32,000 nt of DNA from Candidatus Saccharimonadota bacterium (GTDB lineage Bacteria > Bacteroidota > Bacteroidia > Flavobacteriales > Blattabacteriaceae). Shown piece after piece: positions 9,749-17,089 of this stretch (the stretch's first letter is position 1; each line of letters begins with the position of its first letter). The notes below the pieces were generated by a model that saw nothing but the letters and a program-made list of their open reading frames with translations, was not told where the DNA came from and did not search any database. The position numbers and the translations under genes are program-made. The stretch lies in assembly GCF_033370915.1 (NCBI RefSeq), contig NZ_CP104096.1, positions 50,873-82,872 of the forward strand, in the 5' to 3' direction.

Positions 9749-10207
9749 TTATTTATTAATTTTATTTTTTATTTGATTAATAATACTAATAATTGCTAAT
9801 TCATAACCTGTTAAACCAAAACCTACTATTATTCCATTAGAATATGAAGATATTAATGATTTATGTCTTATATTTTCTCTATTAAATACGTTACTTACAT
9901 GAACTTCAATTATTATTTTATTTTTAATTGCTCTAATACAATCAGATATTGCTAATGAAGTATGTGTATAAGCTCCTAAATTTAATATATAACCAATTGT
10001 ATATTGATTATAATAATTATCATATATATAATTAATTATTTTACTTTCAGAATTATTATTATAAATATTTATATTTATTATTTCTTTATATTTAAATTTT
10101 AAAAATTTTAAATATTTATTAATATTAATATTACCATAAATATTTGTTTCTCTAATACCTATCATATTGACATTAGGACCATTTATTATAATAATATTAT
10201 TATTCAT
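9749..10207 (-). CDS. aroQ: 3-dehydroquinate dehydratase, type II
   Basis: 152 aa with IIINGPNVNMIGIRETNIYG and HVSNVFNRENIRHKSLIS, which are canonical AroQ motifs. Confidence 0.9.
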   Translation of the reverse strand: MNNNIIIINGPNVNMIGIRETNIYGNININKYLKFLKFKYKEIININIYNNNSESKIINYIYDNYYNQYTIGYILNLGAYTHTSLAISDCIRAIKNKIIIEVHVSNVFNRENIRHKSLISSYSNGIIVGFGLTGYELAIISIINQIKNKINK

Positions 10208-10940
10208 TATAATGTATATTGTTTATATTTTTAATATAATTAATTATTTTATTAGATAATATTTTATATTGTCCTTTTTTAAGATTATTATTTATTTTAA
10301 AACCTGCAAAATATATTCTATTTAAAAATAAAACTTTATAACCTATTTTATTAAATATTCTATGTATTATTTTATTCCATCCAACATTTATTGTTATAAT
10401 TAATGTTCTTTTATTATTATTAAAAATTTTTATATTATTTATTTTTATTTTACCTTCTTTCAACTTAATTCCTTTATTTAAAATTAATATATCTGTTTTA
10501 TTAAAATTTTTATTTAAAAAAATTTTATATTTTCTTTTTATTTTATATTTAGGATGAGTTAAATATTGAGCTAATTTACCATCATTAGTTAATAAAATTA
10601 AACCAGTTGTATTTTTATCTAATCTCCCAATGGGAAAAATACCTAATTTTTTGTATATTTTAGGAATAAAATCCATAATAATAATTCTATTTTTATTATC
10701 TTTAACAGTAGTAATACAGTTTTTAGGTTTGTTAAATAAAATATATATTTTGTTTTTTAAATTTAAATTAGAATTTACATATTTTATATTATCATAATAA
10801 TTAACTTTATATCCTAATTTATTAATAATTTTTCCATTTACTGATATTAAACCTATTTTTATAAGTTTATCAGCTTTTCTTCTTGAACATACTCCACTAT
10901 AAGCTATATATTTATTTAATCTAATTCTTTGTTTTATCAT
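10200..10940 (-). CDS. rluB: rRNA pseudouridine synthase, RsuA/RluB family
   Basis: 246 aa with an S4 domain (RLNKYIAYSGVCSRRKADKLI) and the catalytic GRLDKNTTGLILLTNDG motif. I cannot determine the exact paralog (rluB, rsuA or rluF). Confidence 0.75.
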   Translation of the reverse strand: MIKQRIRLNKYIAYSGVCSRRKADKLIKIGLISVNGKIINKLGYKVNYYDNIKYVNSNLNLKNKIYILFNKPKNCITTVKDNKNRIIIMDFIPKIYKKLGIFPIGRLDKNTTGLILLTNDGKLAQYLTHPKYKIKRKYKIFLNKNFNKTDILILNKGIKLKEGKIKINNIKIFNNNKRTLIITINVGWNKIIHRIFNKIGYKVLFLNRIYFAGFKINNNLKKGQYKILSNKIINYIKNINNIHYNE

Positions 10941-11547
10941 ATAAAGATAATATATTTTTAGATTTTAAAATATTATTTAATATACCATTTATAAAATTAA
11001 TATTATTTTTAGAAGAAAAAATTAATATAATTAATTTATATTCATTAATAATAATATTAATATTTATATCTTTATAATAAATAATAAATTCACTAATAGC
11101 AATTTTAATAACAATTAAATCAATAATATTAATTCTAGTAATACTCCAATTTACTAAATAATTATTAATAATGTCAATTAATAGTTTATTATTTTTATTT
11201 ATATAATTTATAATTTTAATAATAAATGAAAAATTATCAAAAATATTAATTAAGATATTATATTTAATTTTTAAAAATAATATATATTTAATAAATTTTT
11301 TGTCTTCATATTGTAATAAAAATATTTCATTTAAATTATTAATATATTTATTAATTGAATTAATAATATTATTTTTATTTAATTTTTTTTTATTTATTTT
11401 AATTAAAATTTTATTAATTACTTTATTTAAATAATTAAAATTATTATTTAAATATTTAAAATAGTTAAATTTTTTATTGTAGTTAATAATAAATAATATT
11501 TTCATTATTTTAATTCTAAAATAATTTTTTATTTTAATAAATTTCAA
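10921..11547 (-). CDS. nusB: Transcription antitermination factor NusB (divergent)
   Basis: 208 aa. The C-terminal INEYKLIILIFSSKNNINFINGILNNIL matches the NusB signature INE-AV-LAK...FVNGVL. The rest is highly degenerate. Confidence 0.6.
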   Translation of the reverse strand: MKFIKIKNYFRIKIMKILFIINYNKKFNYFKYLNNNFNYLNKVINKILIKINKKKLNKNNIINSINKYINNLNEIFLLQYEDKKFIKYILFLKIKYNILINIFDNFSFIIKIINYINKNNKLLIDIINNYLVNWSITRINIIDLIVIKIAISEFIIYYKDININIIINEYKLIILIFSSKNNINFINGILNNILKSKNILSLYDKTKN

Positions 11548-11588
11548 TTAAATTATTATTTATTAATATATAAAAATATAATAAAAAA

Positions 11589-12404
11589 ATGAAAATATAT
11601 AATAATTTTAATAACAAATATCAAGATAAATTTGATAATAAAAACTATAATAATAATATTATTGATAAATATAATATTTTTAATAATAAAAAAGATAAAA
11701 TAGAAAATAAAGATGTTTATAATGACAAATATGAAGATATAATACCAGTTTATAGTAAAAGTTTAAAATCAAGAAAGAAAATATATTATTTTGATGTTTT
11801 AGAAACAATTACAGGGGATTATTTTTTATGCATTACAGAAAGTAAAAAAATATTATTAAAAGATAATAGTAATTTTTTTAAAAAAGAAAAAATTTATATA
11901 TATAAAGAAAATTTAGAAATATTTAAAAAATATTTAGAAAATATTATTGATTTTATATATAGTAAAAAGGGTAAAAAAATAATATATGATAAAGAAATAT
12001 TAAAAAGAAATATTAAATTAATGGAAGAAAAAGAAAAAATTTTTTATAATTATAAAAAAGGTGATTTAGAAGAAAGATTTGAGGAGGAAATAAATCTAAA
12101 AGATAATATAAATACTAAAGATAAAGATATTAAAGATAAAGATAAAGATAAAGATAAAGATAAAGATAATAAAGATAAAGAAGAAGTAGAAGAACAAGAT
12201 AAAAATAATAAAATAACAAAAAACAAAGATAAAAATAATAAAAAAACAAAAAAACAAGATAAAAATAATAAAATAACAAAAAACAAAGATAAAAATAATA
12301 AAAAAACAAAAAAACAAGATAAAAATAATAAAAAAACAAAAAAACAAGATAAAAATAATAAAAAAACAAAAAAACAAGATAAAAATAATAAAAAAACAAA
12401 ATAA
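11589..12404 (+). CDS. PUR-like (DUF3276-type) nucleic-acid-binding protein with a long Lys/Asp-rich tandem-repeat tail
   Basis: Residues ~50-125 (IPVYSKSLKSRKKIYYFDVLETITGDYFLCITESKK...KEKIYIYKENLEIFKKYLENIIDFI) match my recollection of the Bacteroidota DUF3276/PUR pattern (RTYFFDV...DYYLTITESKK...KIFLYKEDFxKF). The C-terminal ~100 aa consist of (KD)n and QDKNNK(K/I)TKK repeats. Confidence 0.7.
   Translation: MKIYNNFNNKYQDKFDNKNYNNNIIDKYNIFNNKKDKIENKDVYNDKYEDIIPVYSKSLKSRKKIYYFDVLETITGDYFLCITESKKILLKDNSNFFKKEKIYIYKENLEIFKKYLENIIDFIYSKKGKKIIYDKEILKRNIKLMEEKEKIFYNYKKGDLEERFEEEINLKDNINTKDKDIKDKDKDKDKDKDNKDKEEVEEQDKNNKITKNKDKNNKKTKKQDKNNKITKNKDKNNKKTKKQDKNNKKTKKQDKNNKKTKKQDKNNKKTK
12117..12180 (+). 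repeat. (GATAAA)n hexanucleotide repeat encoding (DK)n
   Basis: Five perfect GATAAA units lie at 12135-12164, with imperfect units flanking them. The repeat is in frame within the PUR-like CDS. Confidence 0.85.
12195..12400 (+). repeat. Tandem repeat with a 60-nt unit x2 (12195-12254 = 12255-12314), then a 30-nt unit x3
   Basis: The copies are identical at nucleotide level: CAAGATAAAAATAATAAAATAACAAAAAACAAAGATAAAAATAATAAAAAAACAAAAAAA x2, then CAAGATAAAAATAATAAAAAAACAAAAAAA x3 (the last is cut by the stop). They encode QDKNNKITKNKDKNNKKTKK and QDKNNKKTKK. Confidence 0.9.
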
Positions 12405-12426
12405 AAAATAATAATAAATATTTTTT

Positions 12427-12473
12427 AAAATAAATATTACATAAATATTATTAATTTATGTAATATTTATTTT
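12427..12473 (+). terminator. Perfect 20-bp inverted repeat (7-nt loop), a candidate intrinsic terminator after the PUR-like gene
   Basis: 12427-12446 (AAAATAAATATTACATAAAT) is the exact reverse complement of 12454-12473 (ATTTATGTAATATTTATTTT), with loop ATTATTA. The right arm ends in TTTT, followed by ATATT. It sits 23 nt after the stop at 12404 and 6 nt before the der start. Confidence 0.45.
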
Positions 12474-12478
12474 ATATT

Positions 12479-13825
12479 ATGGATTTAAATATTTGTATAG
12501 TTGGTAAATCAAATGTAGGTAAATCTACATTATTTAATTTATTAATAAAAAAAAAAAAATCTATTATAAATAAAAAAGAAAATACAACTAAAAATAGAAA
12601 TTATGGAAATTTAAAAATAAAAAATAAAATATATAAACTAATTGATACAGGTGGTTTTTATGAAGAATATAAAAAAAATGTTTTAAAAAAAAAAGTAATA
12701 GAACAAATAATATATGGAATAAAAGAATCATTATTAATATTATATGTAGTAGATGTGGTTAATGGTATAACATATTTAGATAAAAAATTATCATTAATAA
12801 TAAGAAAATATAATAAACCAACATTTTTATTAATAAATAAAATAGATATAAAAAAATATAAGTATAAAAAATATGAATATTATAAATTAGGATATTATGA
12901 AATATATCCTATATCATGTACACATAATATAGGAATAAATAAATTAAATAATGATATATATAAATATTTTATAAAAGAAAAAAAAAATAATAATAAAAAA
13001 AAAATAAAGTTTAAAATTTCTGTAGTCGGAAAACCTAATACAGGAAAATCAACTTTTATAAATAATTATTTAAAAGATAAAAATAAAAGTATAGTATCAA
13101 ATATAGAAGGTACAACAATAGATACTTTATATTTTTATTTTAATAATAAAAATAAAAATAAAAATTATATAATAATAGATACACCAGGTATAATAAAAAA
13201 ATTTAAATTTAGTAAAGATATACAAAATGAATATTTAGAAAATACAATTAAAGTTATAAAAGAATCAGATATATGTATATTAATGATAGATAGTAAAATT
13301 ACAAAAAATGATATATTTATATATAATAAAATAATATTATATAAAAAAGGAGTAATGATTTTATTTAATAAAATAGATTTATTTAATAATAAAGAAAAAA
13401 AAAAAATTATTTTAAGTATAAATAATTTAATAAAAAATAATTATCCATTATTATTAATATCAAATAAAAAAGAATTAAATGATAATATAATAAATAAAAT
13501 AAAGAATATAATAAAAAAAATATATAAAAATAGAAAAAAAAAAATTTCAACAAGTTTATTAAATAATAAATTATTATTAAAAATAAAAAAAAAAATAAAA
13601 ATAAATAATAAAATATTAAAAATAAAATTTTGTTATCAATTAAAAAAAAAAAAATTTCCTAGTTTTGTATTAATATCTAATTTAGAAAAAAATATTAATT
13701 TAAATTATAAAAAATATATAGAAAATATTATAATAAAATTATTTGATTTTTATGGGGTACCAATAGAAATATCATTTAAAAAAAATAAAAAAAATGTTAA
13801 AAGATTCATATATAAAAAAAAATAA
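12479..13825 (+). CDS. der: Ribosome-associated GTPase Der (EngA)
   Basis: 448 aa with two tandem G domains (GKSNVGKST...DTGG...NKID and GKPNTGKST...DTPG...NKID) plus a C-terminal KH-like domain. Confidence 0.9.
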   Translation: MDLNICIVGKSNVGKSTLFNLLIKKKKSIINKKENTTKNRNYGNLKIKNKIYKLIDTGGFYEEYKKNVLKKKVIEQIIYGIKESLLILYVVDVVNGITYLDKKLSLIIRKYNKPTFLLINKIDIKKYKYKKYEYYKLGYYEIYPISCTHNIGINKLNNDIYKYFIKEKKNNNKKKIKFKISVVGKPNTGKSTFINNYLKDKNKSIVSNIEGTTIDTLYFYFNNKNKNKNYIIIDTPGIIKKFKFSKDIQNEYLENTIKVIKESDICILMIDSKITKNDIFIYNKIILYKKGVMILFNKIDLFNNKEKKKIILSINNLIKNNYPLLLISNKKELNDNIINKIKNIIKKIYKNRKKKISTSLLNNKLLLKIKKKIKINNKILKIKFCYQLKKKKFPSFVLISNLEKNINLNYKKYIENIIIKLFDFYGVPIEISFKKNKKNVKRFIYKKK

Positions 13826-15044
13826 AAAAAAATATATTTTAATATTAAAAAAAAGAAAATTTAAAAATAAAAATATAATAAAAAAAATATTTAATTTATA
13901 TAAAAAACAAAAAAATTATATTAAATTATTAGAAAAATATAATAAACAAATAAATAAATATTCAAAGGATTATTTTAAAAACAAAAAAAATAAAAAAAAA
14001 TATAAAAATATATTAAATATAAAAAATAAAAAAAAAATACTTAAAAATAAATTATTAATAATAAAAGAAAATATATTAAATATAAAATTAAAATTACCTA
14101 ATATTATAAATGAATTATATTTTAAAAAATATAAAAATATTAAAAATAATAAAACAATTTATAAGTATAAAAAATATAATTTATTATTAAAAAAAAATAA
14201 ATTATTATCACATATAGAGCTAGCTAAAAAATATGAATTATTTGATACTAATACTGCAAGTAAAATAAGTGGTACAGGTTTTGTAATATATTCAGGTTTA
14301 GGTTTAAAATTATATAATTCGTTAGTAAAATATTTGTTATTTATAAATAAAAAAAAAGGTTATAAAGAATATAAATTACCTTATTTAGTAAATGAACAAT
14401 CAATATATGGAACAGGACAATATCCTGAAAAAAAAAATCAATTATATAATATATCAAAAGATAATTTATTTTTAATACCAACTGGAGAAGTACCATTAAT
14501 TAATTTATATAAAAATAAAATATTTAAAAAAATAAATTTACCTATAAAAGCACAAACATATTCAAATTGTTTTAGAAGAGAAGCAGGTTCATATGGAAAA
14601 AATGTAAAAGGTTTAAATAGATTGCATCAATTTGGAAAAGTAGAAATAATAGAAATTACTGAAAATAAAAAATCTAATTTAAGATTATTTAAAATGTTAG
14701 AACATATAAAAAATGTATTAAAAAAATTAAAATTATATTTCAGAATAAGATTATTATCATGCAATAATATTGGTTTTACATCATCAATTACATATGATTT
14801 TGAAGTATATTCTTTTGGTCAAAAAAAATGGATAGAAGTAAGTTCATTATCTAATTGTTTAGAATATCAATCAAATAATTTAAAAATATATTATTTAAAT
14901 AAAAAAAATAAAGAATTATGTCATACATTAAATGGAAGTTGTATATCAATACCTAGATTATTATTAACAATAATAGAAATGTATCAAACAAAAAATAAAA
15001 TAAAAATACCAAAGGTATTAAAAAAATATTATAAAAATGAATAA
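13794..15044 (+). CDS. serS: Seryl-tRNA synthetase
   Basis: 416 aa with class-II motif 2 (FRREAGSYGKNVKGLNRLHQFGKVE), TGEVPL and the motif 3 region (LNGSCISIPRLL). It overlaps the der 3' end by 32 nt. Confidence 0.9.
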   Translation: MLKDSYIKKNKKKYILILKKRKFKNKNIIKKIFNLYKKQKNYIKLLEKYNKQINKYSKDYFKNKKNKKKYKNILNIKNKKKILKNKLLIIKENILNIKLKLPNIINELYFKKYKNIKNNKTIYKYKKYNLLLKKNKLLSHIELAKKYELFDTNTASKISGTGFVIYSGLGLKLYNSLVKYLLFINKKKGYKEYKLPYLVNEQSIYGTGQYPEKKNQLYNISKDNLFLIPTGEVPLINLYKNKIFKKINLPIKAQTYSNCFRREAGSYGKNVKGLNRLHQFGKVEIIEITENKKSNLRLFKMLEHIKNVLKKLKLYFRIRLLSCNNIGFTSSITYDFEVYSFGQKKWIEVSSLSNCLEYQSNNLKIYYLNKKNKELCHTLNGSCISIPRLLLTIIEMYQTKNKIKIPKVLKKYYKNE

Positions 15045-15053
15045 TATTGAAAA

Positions 15054-15383
15054 ATGAAAAATAAAAAAATAAATAAATTTATTTTAAAAAAAAATATTTT
15101 ATTATTATTAATAAATTATAAATTAATAATTATAAAAAAAGAATTATATAAAATAAAAAAATATAAATATTATAAAAATTTTTTTAAAAAAAATTATAAT
15201 TTATATAAAAATAAAATAATAATTATATCTTTTATAATAAAAAAAAATATAAATTATAATAAAATAATTAAATATATAAATTTATTTGGTTTTAAATTGT
15301 CAAAAAAATTAAAAGAAAATGTAATAATATTTATAAATAAAAAAAATTGTTTTTTAAAAAAAAAATATTTAAAATATATTTAA
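15054..15383 (+). CDS. Hypothetical small basic protein (possible degenerate RNase P protein RnpA)
   Basis: A 109-codon open frame on the A-rich strand, which is unlikely by chance in this TAA-rich composition. FGFKLSKKLKENV weakly resembles the RnpA GxxVSKKxxxxAVxRN core, and the RNase P RNA gene starts 3 nt downstream. The RNR motif is not conserved. Confidence 0.4.
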   Translation: MKNKKINKFILKKNILLLLINYKLIIIKKELYKIKKYKYYKNFFKKNYNLYKNKIIIISFIIKKNINYNKIIKYINLFGFKLSKKLKENVIIFINKKNCFLKKKYLKYI

Positions 15384-15385
15384 AT

Positions 15386-15730
15386 AAGTTAATAGTTTTA
15401 TCGCATTAATAAGAATTATATTAATGAGGAAAGTCCGGACACTAAAGAGAAATACAAAGGATAACATCCTTACATCGAAAGATGAGGAATAGTACAACAG
15501 AAAGAAAGTATAATATTAAAATATTATAGTGAAATCATGAAAACTCTGTATAGTGAAATGTTAAATATACCATTTTTATATTTTCTCGATATTTATGGTT
15601 GGTAAACAGATATGATATATATGGTAACATATATACTAGATAAATGATAAAAATATATTATTTTATTTTTTTTTAAAATAATTTTTTTTTAAAAATAATA
15701 TATACAGAATCCGGCTTATATATTAACTTA
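15386..15730 (+). ncRNA. rnpB: RNase P RNA (bacterial type A, reduced)
   Basis: It carries the conserved P4 strands GAGGAAAGTCCGGAC (about 15426-15440) and ACAGAATCCGGCTTA (about 15704-15718). The terminal P1 pairs AAGTTAATA (15387-95) with TATTAACTT (15721-29). GATAACATCC and ACAACAGAAA-type core elements are present. Confidence 0.88.
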
Positions 15731-15740
15731 TAAAAAAAAA

Positions 15741-16208
15741 TTATTTAATAGAAATAATTTTATATTTAATAATTTTATTTGGTAAATTTATAGTAATTAT
15801 ATCATTTTTTTTTTTTCCAATTAAAGAGGAACCAATAGGAGATTTTATTGAAATTTTATTTTTTTTTATATTAACATCTAAAAAAGGAACAATTTGAAAA
15901 TAATTATAAGTTTTATTATTTAAATTAAGTAGTTTAATTTTAGAGTATAAAAATATTTGTTTTTTTTTAATTTTGTTAAAAAATTTATTTTTTACTACTA
16001 TAATATTGTTAATATAAGATAATAAATAATTAATTTCTATATTTAATAATTCATATTTTTCTTTAGCGGCTATGTATTCATAATTTTCAGATAAATCACC
16101 TTTTTCAAGAGCATATTGTATAGTATTTATAATATTTTTTTTTTCTTTTTTTAAAGAAAAAATTTTTTTTTTAATTTTTTTAAGACTTTTTTTAGTAATA
16201 TATTCCAT
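15741..16208 (-). CDS. greA: Transcription elongation factor GreA
   Basis: 155 aa with GDLSENYEYIAAKE (canonical GDLSENAEY-AAK) and the C-terminal SPIGSSLIGKKKND. Confidence 0.9.
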   Translation of the reverse strand: MEYITKKSLKKIKKKIFSLKKEKKNIINTIQYALEKGDLSENYEYIAAKEKYELLNIEINYLLSYINNIIVVKNKFFNKIKKKQIFLYSKIKLLNLNNKTYNYFQIVPFLDVNIKKNKISIKSPIGSSLIGKKKNDIITINLPNKIIKYKIISIK

Positions 16209-16222
16209 ATAATAAAAATAAT

Positions 16223-17089
16223 ATGTTAATAAATAATATATTAGATATATTAAAAAATAATAAAGAAGAAAAAAAAATAAAAGAAGAAATAAAAAAAATT
16301 GTAAAAAAAAGAAATATAAAAAAAATAAATAGAAATAAAATAATTAAAATAAAAAATAAAATTATAAAATATAATAAAGAAAAAAAACAAAAAAAAATTT
16401 ATAAAAAGTATAAAAAAAAAGAAGGTAAATTAGTACTTTTAAAAGTAATAAATGAATATAATAATAAATTAATTTTAATAGATAAATATAATAATGAATT
16501 AATATTTAATAAAAAAAATAATTATGAAAAAAAATATATAAAAATAATAAAAAATAATTTATTTATATTTAAAAAAAATAATATATATAATTTTTTAGTA
16601 GATAAAATATTTTATACTAAAAATAAAAAAACAATAATAATATTAAAAAGAAATAATATTTTATTTGTAAAAAAATTATTAAAAAAAGAAATATTAGAAA
16701 TAAAACAAAAAATAGTAAAAATAAAAAAAATAGTAAGAATATCAGGTTTAAAAACAATAATAGTAGTAAAATCAAATAATAAAAATATAAATCCTGTAGG
16801 ATGTTGTATAGGAATTAAAAATATAAGATTAAATAATATAAAAAAAGAATTAAATAATGAAAAAATAGAAATATATAAATATAATAGTAATAAATTAAAA
16901 TATATAAAAGAGATATTTAAAAAAAAAAATATAAAAAAAATAGAAATATTAAATAATTTAATAATATTATATTTTAATAAAAAAACAATAGGAAAAATAA
17001 TAGGAGAAAAAGGATATAATATAAAATTATATTCATTATTATTAAATAATAAAATTATTGTAAAGGAATATGAAAAAAAAAGTAATTGA
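16223..17089 (+). CDS. nusA: Transcription termination/antitermination factor NusA (shortened)
   Basis: 288 aa. ISGLKTIIVVKSNNKNINPVGCCIGIKNIRLNNIKKELNNEKIEIYKY matches the NusA KH1 region (DPVGACVG-KG-RI...EL-GEKIDI). IGKIIGEKGYNIKL is the KH2 GxxG element. Confidence 0.85.
   Translation: MLINNILDILKNNKEEKKIKEEIKKIVKKRNIKKINRNKIIKIKNKIIKYNKEKKQKKIYKKYKKKEGKLVLLKVINEYNNKLILIDKYNNELIFNKKNNYEKKYIKIIKNNLFIFKKNNIYNFLVDKIFYTKNKKTIIILKRNNILFVKKLLKKEILEIKQKIVKIKKIVRISGLKTIIVVKSNNKNINPVGCCIGIKNIRLNNIKKELNNEKIEIYKYNSNKLKYIKEIFKKKNIKKIEILNNLIILYFNKKTIGKIIGEKGYNIKLYSLLLNNKIIVKEYEKKSN

Noticed and set aside
9727-9750. An (ATT)n microsatellite downstream of aroQ.
   Set aside because: This is simple low-complexity sequence, expected at this base composition, and it has no structural or coding context.
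12050-12399. Three overlapping antisense ORFs (12050-12286, 12096-12377, 12130-12399) across the repeat region.
   Set aside because: They are artefacts of the tandem repeat, since any frame of a stop-free repeat unit stays open. The sense frame continues from a recognisable PUR-like domain.
12195-12400. Regularly spaced 30-nt repeats that could suggest a CRISPR array.
   Set aside because: The units are directly contiguous with no spacers, lie in frame inside a CDS and are A-rich coding repeats. There are no cas genes or leader in the window.
15652-15704. A 12-bp hairpin of A/T pairs only (15653-64 pairing with 15692-703).
   Set aside because: It lies inside rnpB, immediately 5' of the ACAGAATCCGGCTTA P4 strand, where the P18-type helix is expected. 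It is part of the RNase P RNA and not an independent element.
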